NCBI GenBank assembly: GCA_030390025.1
Contig: CM059432.1
Coordinates: 9,548,001-9,612,000 of the forward strand
DNA: 64,000 bases
From: Squalus acanthias
Taxonomy: Eukaryota
Reading direction: 5' to 3'
The first letter of the stretch is position 1, and every line of letters starts with the position of its first letter. Under the pieces are notes generated by a model. The model had not been told where the DNA came from, made no database searches, and was given only the letters and a program-made list of their open reading frames with translations. A program made the translations under genes and the position numbers. Of the stretch, positions 1-11,109 are shown piece after piece.

Positions 1-665
1 CTTGCATTTATATAGCGCCTTTAATGTAGTAAAACGTCCCAAGGTGCTTCACAGCAGCGATTATCAAACAGAATGTGACACCGAGCCACATAAAGAGATA
101 TTAGGTCAGATGACCAAAAGCTTGGTCAAAGTGGTAGGTTTTAAGGAGCGTCTTAAAGGAGGAGAGAGAGGTAGAGAGGCGGAGAGGTTTAGGGAGGGAA
201 TTCCAGAGCTTAGGGCCGAGGCAGCTGAAGGTACGGCCGCCAATGGTGGAGCGATTAAAATCGGGGATGCTCAAGAGGGCAGAATTGAAGGGTTGTAGGG
301 CTGGAGGAGATTACAGAGATAGGAAGGGGTGAGCCGATGGAGGGATTTGAAAGCAAGGATGAGAATTTTAAAATCGAGGCGTTGCCAGACCGGGAACCAA
401 TGTAGGTCAGCAAGCACAGGGGTGATGGGTGAATGGGGCCTGTAACAAGTTAGGACAGGTGACCAAAAGCTTGGTCAAAGAGGTAGGCTTTAAGGAGCAT
501 CTTAAAGGAGGAAAGAGCGAGGTAGAGAGGCGCAGAGATTGAGAGAGGGTATTCCAAAGCTTAGGGCCGAGGCAGCTGAAGGCACGGCCGCTAATGGTGA
601 GGTGAAGGAAATCGGGGATGCGCACAAGGCCAGAATTGGAGGAACGCAGAGGTCTTGGAGGGTTG
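1..665 (-). mobile_element. L2-type LINE 3' fragments (two partial copies)
   Basis: GRAFSCLGPKLWN translation and 3' tail aggcgctatataaatgcaag; same family at 9155, 19990, 54830 and 57045. Confidence 0.8.
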
Positions 666-979
666 TAGAGCCAAGTCAGATATTATGCTGTATGATAAGG
701 ACAGGTGTGTTATACTACCGAATACATAATAAGGCCAATTTTGTCTCTGAACTGGAGAGAGCAGTACCTGAAATTTAAAGGTACACCCTTCAGCGGAAGC
801 CCTGGGAAGTCCTGGGCAAGGTAAATTGGAGAGAGAGCCAATGTATTTGGTCTCCGCTCCGTTTTCCTGGCCTTCGTGCGCAGTGAATGAACGTTCCTCA
901 GAGGCAGAGGTCAGGAAAATCAACCCTGATTGATTAGTCCGCTGCCAAAGTGGAGCCACTATCTTTTAAGGCCACAAAG

Positions 980-1330
980 TCTAGGGTAGATGCTGAGAGG
1001 CTGTTTCCCCTGGCTGGAGAATCTAGGCCTAGGGGGGGTCACAGACTCAGGATAAGGGGTCGGCCAATTTTGGACTGAGATGAGGAGAAATTTCTTCACT
1101 CAGAGGGTGGTGAATCTTTGGAATTCTCCACCCCAGAGGGCTGTGGATGCTGAGTCATTGAGTATATTCAAGGCTGAGAGCGATAGATTTTTGGACACTA
1201 AGGGAATCGAGGGATATGGGGATTGGGCGGGAAAGTGGAGTTGAGGTCAATGATCAGCCATGATCTTATTGAATGGCGGAGCAGGCTCGAGGGGCCGAAT
1301 GGCCGACTCCTGCTCCTAATTCTTATGTTC
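980..1330 (+). mobile_element. CR1 LINE 3' end
   Basis: FFTQRVVNLWN-type terminus plus the conserved 3' UTR hairpin (ggagcaggctcgaggggccgaatggcc...cctgctcc). Confidence 0.85.
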
Positions 1331-2397
1331 TTACTTTACTAGGTGAACACAACTCCAGAGCTGAATTATTGATTGTCGAGGGACCATGTTGCCGATTGGG
1401 AAATAATTGTAAGTTTCAGGCTTCAAGTTGGATTGTTTCATATCTATAACAAAGGTTGAAGCGTGACAGCTGGCGTGCGATTGACAAAAGGTACATTGGA
1501 TGAAATGCGACTCTGCCATGGTACTGTTCATAGTTAATGAAAGGATGCGCTGTTACAGCAGGGTTCTTATGCAAGATATTTTGTTTCAGCCTGGAGCCTA
1601 CAATCGCAGGATCATAGAATCTTAGAGCACAGAAGGAGGCCATTCGGCCATCACGCCTGCACCGGCTCTTGTTTTTAAATTAGTGGGGCTGTGTTTCAGA
1701 GACAGTACGGGGAGGGAATGGGGTGACGCTTTAACATTTTCTTTTATAGAGTGGAGACAACAGCTGGGGTTGACATTGCAGAAACGGGTTGAGCCGGGAG
1801 AGGAGGGGGGGCGGGTGGTGCGATCTTTCAAATAGAGGCGGGATAGATTGTATCAGGAGCTGAGGGCAAAGAGCTGGTTGCAGAGCCGCATTTAGAAAAA
1901 CACACTTTCTAGCTGGAGCGTTGAGACCGGGAGCAAGATAAATTTAAATTTTTTTTTTATACAGCTTGTGGCATGGAGAGAGTGCAGAGCTGGTTAAAAT
2001 GGGATATAGCACAGAAGGAGGCCATTCGGCCCATCGTGTCTGCGCCAGCTCTCTGAAAGAGCTGCCCAACTAGTCCCATTGGAATAAAAGGGACAGTGGC
2101 AGCCTGGATACGAAATTGGCTAAGTGACAGGAAACAGAGAGTAGTGGTGAACGGTTGTTTTTCGGACTGGAGGAAGGTATACAGTGGTGTTCCCCAGGGT
2201 TCGGTACTAGGACCACTGCTTTTCTTGATATATATTAATGACTTGGACTTGGGTGTGCAGGGCACAATTTCACCATTTGCAGATGACACAAAACTTGGAA
2301 GTATAGTGAACAGTGAGGAGGATAGTGATAGACTTCAAGAGGACATAAATGAGAAGTCGCACAACACCAGGTTATAGTCCAACAGATTTATTTAAAA

Positions 2398-2439
2398 TTA
2401 CAAGCTTTCGGAGCTATCGATCGCCCCTTCTTCAGGTAA
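2398..2439 (-). ncRNA. Minimal hammerhead motif, inverted arm
   Basis: Exact reverse complement of 4923-4964. Confidence 0.8.
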
Positions 2440-2703
2440 AGTTACTATGAGTGAATCTACAAAAGTTCACAGAATTTAAACACAGAAAAAGCAGAGATAC
2501 AATCTTTCCTTACATCAAAGACACACCAAGAGCACAGCCAAGACAATGAGATGTGTCCCAGGGGGTCCAACGTGTCAAATCCTGCTGTCTGCGTATCCTC
2601 TCCATATCCCTTCCTCTCTCTCCCTCCTTTTTGGGTTTGTATTTTGGGTTTGTTTTTTTGTGTTTGTTTTTTAAAAACTGGAAAGACAGACAACGATGTC
2701 AAG

Positions 2704-3660
2704 TCACGTTCTGTAGCGTGACATGAACCCGATATCCCTATTGAGGCCGTCCTCATGAGTGCAGAACTTGGCTATCAGTTTCTGCTCGATGATTTTGCGT
2801 TGTCGTGTATCCCGAAGGCCGCCTTGGAGAACGCTAACCCGCGGATCCGAGGCTGAATGCCCTTGACTGCTGAAGTGTTCCCCGACTGGGAGGTAACACT
2901 CCTGCCTGGCGATTGTTGCGCGGTGTCCGTTCATACGTTGTCGCAGTGTCTGCATGGTCTCGCCGATGTACCATGCTCTGGGGCATCCTTTCCTGCAACG
3001 TATCAGGTAGACAACGTTGGCCGAGTCACATGAGTATGTACCATGTACCTGGTGGGTAGTGTCCTCACGTGTGATGACGGTATCTGTGTCCATGATCTGG
3101 CATGTCTTGCAGAGGTTGCCGTGGCAGGGTTGTGTGGTGTCATGGTCGCTGTTCTCCTGATAGCTGGGTAATTTGCTGCGAACGATGGTACTTTTGAGGT
3201 TAGGCGGCTGCTTGAAGGTGAGTAGTGGAGGTGTGGGGATGGCCTTAGTGAGGTGTTCGTCGTCATCGATGACATGTTGAAGGCTGCGAAGAACATGGCG
3301 TAGTTTCTCCGCTCCGGGGAAGTACTGCACGACGTAGGGTACTCTGTTGGTTGTGTCCCGTGTTTGCCTTCTGAGGAGGTCTATGCGGTTTTTAGCTGTG
3401 GCCCGTCGGAACTGTCGATCGACGAGTCGAGCGTCATATCCAGTTCTTACGAGGGCGTCTTTCAGTGTCCGTAGGTGTCCATCGCGTTCCTCCTCGTCTG
3501 AGCAGATCCTGTGTATTCGCAGGGCTTGTCCATAGGGGATGGCTTCTTTAACGTGGTTAGGGTGGAAGCTGGAGAAGTGGAGCATCGTGAGGTTGTCCGC
3601 GGGCTTGCGGTAGAGTGAAGTGCTGAGGCGTCTGTCTTTGATGGAGATTCGTGTGTCCAA
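2704..3660 (-). CDS. Inverted copy of the same Penelope-like RT-thumb/GIY-YIG ORF
   Basis: 318 aa, colinear with 3715-4671, 18 amino-acid differences by my count; WYIGET motif. Confidence 0.9.
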   Translation of the reverse strand: MDTRISIKDRRLSTSLYRKPADNLTMLHFSSFHPNHVKEAIPYGQALRIHRICSDEEERDGHLRTLKDALVRTGYDARLVDRQFRRATAKNRIDLLRRQTRDTTNRVPYVVQYFPGAEKLRHVLRSLQHVIDDDEHLTKAIPTPPLLTFKQPPNLKSTIVRSKLPSYQENSDHDTTQPCHGNLCKTCQIMDTDTVITREDTTHQVHGTYSCDSANVVYLIRCRKGCPRAWYIGETMQTLRQRMNGHRATIARQECYLPVGEHFSSQGHSASDPRVSVLQGGLRDTRQRKIIEQKLIAKFCTHEDGLNRDIGFMSRYRT

Positions 3661-3714
3661 GAATGAAACCGATTCTGAGGAGTAGTCTCAGAATCCTCAG
3701 AATCGGTTTCATTC

Positions 3715-4671
3715 TTGGACACACGAATCTCCATCAAAGACGGACGCCTCAGCACTTCACTCTACCGCAAGCCCACGGACAACCTCACGATGCTCCACTT
3801 CTCCAGCTTCCACCCTAACCACGTTAAAGAAGCCATCCCCTATGGACAAGCCCTACGAATACACAGGATCTGCTCAGACGAGGAGGAACGCGATGGACAC
3901 CTACGGACACTGAAAGACGCCCTCGTAAGAACAGGATATGACGCTCGACTCGTCGATCGACAGTTCCGACGGGCCACAGCGAAAAACCGCATAGACCTCC
4001 TCAGAAGGCGAACACGGGACACAACCAACAGAGTACCCTACGTCGTCCAGTACTTCCCCGGAGCGAAGAAACTACGCCATGTTCTTCGCAGCCTTCAACA
4101 TGTCATCGATGACGACGAACACCTTGCTAAGGCCATCCCCACGCCTCCACTACTCGCCTTCAAGCAGCCGCCTAACCTCAAAAGTACCATCGTTCGCAGC
4201 AAATTACCCAGCTGTCAGGAGAACAGCGACCACGACACCACACAACCCTGCCACGGCAACCTCTGCAAGACATGCCAGATCATGAACACAGATGCCATCA
4301 TCACACATGAGGACACTACCCACCAGGTACATGGTACATACTCATGTGACTCGGCCAACGTTGTCTACCTGATACGTTGCAGGAAAGGATGCCCCAGAGC
4401 ATGGTACGTAGGCGAGACCATGCAGACACTGAGACAACGTATGAACGGACACCGCGCAACAATCACCAGGCAGGATGGTTGCCTCCCAGTCGGGGAACAC
4501 TTCAGCAGTCAAGGGCATTCAGCCTCGGATCTGCGGGTTAGCGTTCTCCAAGGCGGCCTTCGAGACACACAACAACGCAAAATCATCGAGCAGAAACTGA
4601 TAGCCAAGTTCTGCACTCATGAGGACGGCCTCAATAGGGATATCGGGTTCATGTCACGCTATAGAACGTGA
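3715..4671 (+). CDS. Penelope-like ORF C-terminal part: end of RT/thumb, Cys-rich linker, GIY-YIG endonuclease (5'-truncated; the listed start is an internal TTG)
   Basis: SFLD..LYRKP..SFHP (late RT), CHGNLCKTC linker, VVYLIRCRKGC..WYVGET, R..GH, EH, E..LI, GLN. The Cys-rich linker suggests the Neptune-like clade. Confidence 0.9.
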   Translation: MDTRISIKDGRLSTSLYRKPTDNLTMLHFSSFHPNHVKEAIPYGQALRIHRICSDEEERDGHLRTLKDALVRTGYDARLVDRQFRRATAKNRIDLLRRRTRDTTNRVPYVVQYFPGAKKLRHVLRSLQHVIDDDEHLAKAIPTPPLLAFKQPPNLKSTIVRSKLPSCQENSDHDTTQPCHGNLCKTCQIMNTDAIITHEDTTHQVHGTYSCDSANVVYLIRCRKGCPRAWYVGETMQTLRQRMNGHRATITRQDGCLPVGEHFSSQGHSASDLRVSVLQGGLRDTQQRKIIEQKLIAKFCTHEDGLNRDIGFMSRYRT

Positions 4672-4922
4672 CTTGACATTGTTGTCTGTCTTTCCAGTTT
4701 TTAAAAAACAAACACAAAAAAACAAACACAAAAAGGACGGAGAGAGAGGAAGGGACATGGAGAGGATATGTAGACAGCAGGATTTGACACGTTGGACCCC
4801 CTGGGACACATCTCATTGTCTTGGCTGTGCTCTTGGTGTGTCTTTGATGTAAGGAAAGATTGTATCTCTGCTTTTTCTGTGTTTAAATTCTGTGAACTTT
4901 TGTAGATTCACTCATAGTAACT

Positions 4923-4964
4923 TTACCTGAAGAAGGGGCGATCGATAGCTCCGAAAGCTTGTAA
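4923..4964 (+). ncRNA. Minimal type I hammerhead ribozyme motif in the Penelope 3' repeat
   Basis: TTAC-CTGAAGA-A-GGGGC(gatcgata)GCTCC-GAAA-G-CTT-GTAA: stem I TTAC/GTAA, conserved core, palindromic AGCT stem III, predicted cleavage after CUU (4960); AATAAA follows. Confidence 0.8.
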
Positions 4965-6019
4965 TTTTAAATAAATCTGTTGGACTATAACCTGGTGTTG
5001 TGCGACTTCTCATTTTTGTCCACCCCAGTCCAACGCCGGCATCTCCGCATCAAGAGGACATAGACAGGCTGGTGGAATGAGCGGGCACGTGGCAGATGAA
5101 ATTTAACGCAGAAAAGTGCGAAGTGATACATTTTGGTAGGAAGAACAAGGAGAGGCAATATAAACTAAAGGCTACAATCCTAAAGGGGGTGCATGGACAG
5201 AGAGACCTGGGGGTATGTGTGCACAAATCATTGAAGGTGGCAGGGCAGGTTGAAAAAGCGGTTAAAAAAGCATACGGGATCCTGGGCTTCATAAATAGAG
5301 GCATAGAGAACAAAAGCAAGGAAGTTATGATGAACCTTTATAAAACACTGGTTCAGCCTCAACTGGAGTATTGTGTCCAATTCTGGGCACCGTACTTTAG
5401 GACGGACGTGAAGGCCTTAGAGAGAGGGTGCAGAAAAGATTTACAAGCATGGTTCCAGGGTTGAGGGACTTCAGTTATGAGGATAGACTGGAGAATCTGG
5501 GGTTGTTCTCCTTAGAACAGAGAAGGTTGAGAGGAGATTTGATGGAGGTGTTCAAAATCATGGGGGGTCGAGACAGAGTAGATAGAGAGAAACTGTTCCC
5601 ATTCGCAGAAGGGTCGAGAACCAGAGGACACAGATTTAAGGTGATTGGCAGAAGAACCAAAGGCGACATGAGGAAAAACTTTTTTACGCAGCGAGTGGTT
5701 AGGATCTGGAATGCACTGCCTGAAAGGGTGGTGGAGGCGGACTCAATCGTGGCTTTCAAAAGGGAATTGGATAATTACCTGAAGGAAAAAATTTGCAGGG
5801 CTACGGGGAAAGGGCAGGGGGGAGTGGGACTAGCTGAAATGCTCTTGCAGAGAGCCGGCACGGGCTCGACAGGCCGAATGGCCTCCTTCTGTGCTGTAAC
5901 CATTCTATGATTCTATGATTCCCCTTGCTCTTTCCCCATAGCTCTGCAAAATTTTCCTTTTCAAGTATTTATTTTTTCTTTTTTTTTAACAGGTGCAACC
6001 TGGTTCTGGGTGAGCCATA

Positions 6020-6610
6020 CAAGGGGGTAGAAGTTACGCTACAGCTATACAAAGCCCGGGTTACACCACACCTGAAGTACTACGAGCAGTCCTGGACACC
6101 ACACCTTAGGAAGGATATATTGGCCTTGGAGGGAGTGCAGCGTAGATTTATCAGAATGATACCCGGACTCCAAGGGTTAAATTACGAGAAGAAAACTAGG
6201 GTTGTATTCCTTGGAATTTAGGAGGTTAAGGCGTGATTTGAGCGAAATTTTCAAGATATTATGGGGAACAGAGAGGGTAGATAGAGAGAAACTATTTCTG
6301 CTGGTTGGGGAGTCTAGGACTAGGGAGCATAGTCTAAAAACTAGAGCCCCAGGCCTTCAGGAGTGAAATTAGGAAACACTTCGACTCACAAAACTAGGTA
6401 GAAGTTTGGAACTCTCTTCTGCAAACAGCAATTGATGGTCAATTGTTAATTTTAAATCTGAGATTGATAGATTTTTGTTAACCAAAGGAATGAAGGGATA
6501 GGGGACAAAGGCGGGTATACGGAGTTGGATCACAGATCAGCCATGATCTCATTGAATGACGGAACAGGCTCGAGGGGCTGAATGGCCGACTCCTGTTCCC
6601 ATGTTCCTAT
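6020..6610 (+). mobile_element. CR1 3' fragment; same subfamily as 15050-15837 and 22560-23066
   Basis: LYKA..PHL.Y..W.PHLRKDI; CR1 3' UTR. Confidence 0.8.
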
Positions 6611-7231
6611 ATTTTTTTCATTTTTTTTTATTAAGCAGGGAACAGGGCCCTATGAAAAACCAAAAATAAGTTCTAAATTTTTTTATCCAGTAGGGATTGG
6701 GCATTGGGGTCACAGGCTTTAATGTTTCATTGTTTTTTGCTGCTAGCCAATAGGAATAAGGATTAAAGTGAAGATTGGGGCTACAGACCTCAAGTTTAAT
6801 ATTTTTCAGGGCAGGCAATGGGGATCGGAGCCAAAGAGGCTAAAGTTCAATGTTTTCTTTTAAGTCAGCAGCAGAGACTAGGCCCGAAGTTGGATTTATT
6901 TATTTTTCAGGCCTGCGAGCGGTAAGCGGAAAATAAAACCGAGGAAAAAGGTCGGGAATGTCAACAGAGGCAGTGGGCGTGGTAAAGGGGGCAGGAGGCG
7001 GAGAGAGCAGAATTATGGGCAGAATTACCTGCAGTTAAACTCTCAAAATTTCAAGATTGAACAGATACGACGGAGGCAGAATTGGGAGAAAGAGTTCAGA
7101 AGCTCACTCCACAGTGTCGCCTAGTGGCAAAACCTCGCAACTATATTGTGACAGGCAACAGTTGACATCAGCACAGGTACTGCAGCTTCCACTAGCTTAT
7201 ATACATTTTATACTCTACTCTTTAATTTACA

Positions 7232-7414
7232 AATGTGAGAAGTCGCACAACACCAGGTTATAGTCCAACAGGTTTATTTGAAATCACAAGCTTTCATAAC
7301 GCTGCTCCTTCGTCAGCTTGTGATTTCAAATAAAACTGTTGGACTATAACCTGGTGTTGTGCGACTTCTCACATTTGTCCACCCCAGTCCAACACTGGCA
7401 TCTCCACATCATGG
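7232..7414. mobile_element. Miniature palindromic Penelope-like insertion
   Basis: Inverted copies of the Penelope 3' end, plus a tail on the right; TSD ctttaatttaca (7220-7231, 7415-7426); degenerate hammerhead in the left arm. Confidence 0.9.
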
Positions 7415-8096
7415 CTTTAATTTACACAGAGCTACATAGAGTCTACAGCATGGAAACAGGTCGTTCGGCCCAACTGGTCCATAGCGGCGTTTATGCTCCT
7501 CACGAGCCTCCTCCCGCCCCTCTTCATCTCACCCTATCAGCATATCCCTCTATTCCTCCCTCCCTCATGTACTTATCTAGCTTCCCTTTAAAGGCATCTG
7601 TGCCATTCACCTCAACTACCCCATGTGACAGTGAGTTCCACATTCTCACCACTCTCTGGTGAGATTATCTGCTCATTATCACATTGCTGTTTGTGGGAAC
7701 TTGCTGTGCGCAAATTGGCTGCCGTGTTTCCTACATTACAACAGTGATTCCACTTCAAAAAAACATACTTCACTGGCTGCAAAGCACTTTGAGACGTCCG
7801 GTGGTCGTGAAAGGCGCTATATAAACGCAAGTCTTTCTTTCTTTCTTTCTCTGGGTAAAGACATTCCTCTTGAATTCCCTATTGGATTTATTAGCACACG
7901 TTAGAAATAAATAAGGAGTCTGTAAATCGACGGGGGAAACATCTGAAACCGTTACTGACACCGTAACACACAGCGTAACAAAACAAGGCAGAATAAAAGT
8001 GAGTACTGTTAGGTCTGACAAAATAATATAATTGAAGTTGTAGGATTGCCGAATTCTGCGGTCTGATGCGAAAGAGATATTGTTGGTGATTGTCAC

Positions 8097-8216
8097 CTGT
8101 CTTTGGCTCCACGGAGAAATATGGCTGTCCCTGGAGGATACTGTACATCACTCTGGCACTACTTCCGTAAGTAGGATCATCAGCGTCAGTCGCTGTCACT
8201 TGTATCACTGAAGTTC
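8097..8216 (-). CDS. CDH7: Cadherin-7-like coding exon 3 (EC2), 120 nt
   Basis: [41 protein letters not shown]; gcag| acceptor and |GTGACA donor; phase 1-1, the usual size for this type II cadherin exon. Confidence 0.93.
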
Positions 8217-8452
8217 CTGCACAGAAATGTAATGGATCATTTGTTAAATTAAATACATCAAATGCCAAGGAGACATTGTCAAAAGTTTTTCTTTTGACAT
8301 AACGTGGAAATTAACTGTAAAATACTTCAGAAGGTGCACCTTCTTTCATAGTCCTTCCTATGCCCTGTCCCGTAAAGATTTTTGCCAATCTTCTGAAAGG
8401 CAGTTACATAAGAACTTAAGAACATAAGAATTAGGAGCAGGAATCAAGCATT

Positions 8453-10840
8453 AATCAAGAAATAATGGAGGCTTGTAAGAAAGGTACTGCAATAATCATG
8501 GGCGATTTTAATCTTCATATTGATTGGACAAATCAAATTGACCAAGGTAGCCCTGAGGATGAGTTCATAGAGTGTATTCGGGACGGTTTCTTAGAACAAT
8601 ATGTTGTGGAACCAACCAGGGAGCAGGCTACCTTAGATCTGGTACTGTGTAATGAGACAGGATTAATTAATGATCTCATAGTAAAGGATCCTCTGGGAAA
8701 GAGTGATCACAGCATGGCTGAATTTCAAATTCAGTTTGAGGGTGAGAAAGTTGGGTCTCAAACCAGTGTCCTGAACTTAAATAAAGGCAATTACAAAGGT
8801 ATGAAGGCAGAGTTGGCTAAAGTGGACTGGGAAAATAGATTAAAGGGTAAGACGGTAGATAAGCAGTGACAGACATTTAAGGAGATATTTCATAACTCTC
8901 AGCAAAGATATATTCCAGTGACAAGGAAAGACTCTAAGAGAAGGATGAACCATCCGTGGCTAATTAAGGAAGTAAAGGATGGTATCAAATTTAAAACAAA
9001 GGCATACAATGTTGCGAAGATTAGTGGAAGGACAGATGATTGGGAAATTTTTAGAAACCAGCAAAGGATGACTAAAACAATAATAGAGAGAAGATAGATT
9101 ATGAGAGTAAACTAGCAAGAAATATGAAAACAGACAGTAAGAGCTTCTACAACAAAAACAACAACAACTTGTATTTATATAGCGCCTTTAACTAGTAAAA
9201 TGTCCCAAGGTGCTGCACAGGAGTATTTTAAGACAAAAAATTTGACACCGATCCACATAAGGATAAATTAGGGCAGGTGATCAAAAGCTTGGTCAAAGAG
9301 GTAGGCTTTAAGGAGCGTCTTAAAGGAGGAAAGAGAGGTAGCGAGGCGGACAGGTTTAGGGAGGGAATTCCAGAGCTTAGGGCCTAGGCAACAGAAGGCA
9401 CGGCCACCAAAGGTTGAGCAATTATAATCAGGGATCCTCAAGAGGGCAGAATTAGAGGAGTGCAGATATCTCGGGGGGGTTGTGGGGCTGAAGGAGATTA
9501 CAGAGATAGGCAGGGGCGAGGCCATGGAGAGATTTGAAAACAAGGATGAGAATTTTGAAATTGAGGCGCTGCTTAACCAGGAGCCAATGTAGGTCAGCGA
9601 GCACAGGGGTGATGGGCGAACAGGACTTGGAAACGGGCACCAGAGTTTTGGATGACCTCAAGTTTACGTAGGGTGGAATGTGGGAGGTCAGCCAGGAGTG
9701 CGTTGGAATAGTCAAGTCTAGATGTAACAAAGGCATGGATGAGGGTTTCAGCAGCGGATGAGCTGAGGCAAGGACGGAGACGGGCGATGTTACGGCGGTG
9801 GAAGTAGGCGGTCTTTGTTATGCTGCGGATATGTGGTCGGAAACTAACTTCAGGGTCAAATATGACACCAAGGTTCCGAACACAGGTATATAAAAAGGAA
9901 GAGAGTAGCTAAAGTAAACGTTGGTCCCTTAGAGGATGAGACTGGGGAATTAATAATGGGAAACAGGGAAATGGCAGAGACTTTGTACAAATATTTTGTA
10001 TTGGTCTTCACGGTAGAAGACACTAAAAGCATCCCAATAATAGATAATCAAGGGGCTATAGGTAGGGGGGAACTTCAAACAATCACTATCACTAGAAAAA
10101 AAGTACTCGCTAAAATAATGGGACTAAAGGTGGACAAGTCCCCTGGACCCGATGGCCTGCATCCTAGGGTCTTAAAAGATGTGTCTGCAGAGATAGTGGA
10201 TGCATTGGTTGCAATCTACCAAAATTCCCTGGATTCTGGAGAGGTCCCAGCGGATTGGAAAACCGCAAATGTAACGCCCCTATTTAAGAAAGGAGGGAGA
10301 CAGAAAGCAGCAAACTATAGACCAGTTAGCCTAACATCTGTCATTGGGAAAATGCTGGAGTCCATTATTAAGGAAGTAGTAGCAGGACATTTAGAAAATC
10401 ATAACACAGTCAAGCAGAGTCAGCATGGTTTTATGAAAGGGAAATCATGTTTGACAAATTTGCTGGAGTTCTTTGAGGATGTAACAAGCAGGGTGGATAA
10501 AGGGGAACCAGTAGATGTAGTGTATTTGGATTTCCAGAAGGCATTCGATAAGGTGCCACATAAAAGGTTACTGCACAAGATAAGAGCTCACGGGGTTGGG
10601 GGTAATTTATTAGCATGGATAGAGGATTGTCTAACTAACAGAAAACAGAGAGTCGGGATAAATGGGTACTAGTTGGCAAACTGTAACTAGTGGGGTGCCA
10701 CAGGGATCAGTGCTGGGCCTCAACTATTTGCAATCTATATTAATGACTTGGATGAAGGGACCGAGTATAATGTAGCCAAATTTGCTGATTGTACAAAGAT
10801 AGGTAGGAAAGCAAGTTGTGAAGAGGACACAAAGAATCTG
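8453..10840 (+). mobile_element. CR1 ORF2 fragment (endonuclease C-terminus to RT) with a nested L2
   Basis: MGDFN..SDH (APE endonuclease), KSPGPDG, NYRPVSLTS, QHGF, YLDFQKAFD. Confidence 0.9.
9155..9880 (-). mobile_element. L2 3' fragment nested in CR1
   Basis: ITPVLADLHWL..FKILILVFKSLHGLAP.YL; (TTG)n tail. Confidence 0.85.
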
Positions 10841-11109
10841 TGAGTCAGCATAAATGCAGCAGAGTTTTGGATGAGCTCAAGTTTACAGAGGGCGGAGGAT
10901 GGGAGACTGGCTAGGAGAGCATTGGAATACTCGAGTCTGGAGGTAACAAAAGCATGGATGAGGGTTTCAGCAACAGATGGGCGAAGGCAGGGGCGAAGAC
11001 AGGCGATATGACGGAGGTGGAAGTAGATGGTCTTCGTGATGGCGAGGATTTGGTGTCATGATATAAAGTACCATGCTTCTTTGACAATTTACACACAATA
11101 ATTCGCTTC

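Larger units (their letters stand above)
2348..5049. mobile_element. Penelope-like retroelement, inverted (head-to-head) duplication of a 5'-truncated copy
   Basis: Arms of about 1.33 kb are reverse complements around ~3690; 13-bp TSD tcaagaggacata (2335-2347, 5050-5062); interrupts a CR1 RT that resumes in register. Confidence 0.95.
2075..5920 (+). mobile_element. CR1 LINE RT fragment, host of the large Penelope insertion
   Basis: GVPQGSVLGP..FADD before the insertion; MKFN..KC, QLEYCVQFW and FFTQRVV after it; attctatg tail. Confidence 0.9.

Noticed and set aside
2704..4671. Two divergently transcribed host GIY-YIG nuclease genes
   Set aside because: The starts are internal TTG codons of a truncated RT, only 54 bp separate them, and the whole unit sits within a TSD.
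2348..5049. Palindrome as a sequencing or assembly fold-back artefact
   Set aside because: The arms differ at many sites, a clean TSD is present, the host CR1 resumes correctly, and two small copies show the same architecture.
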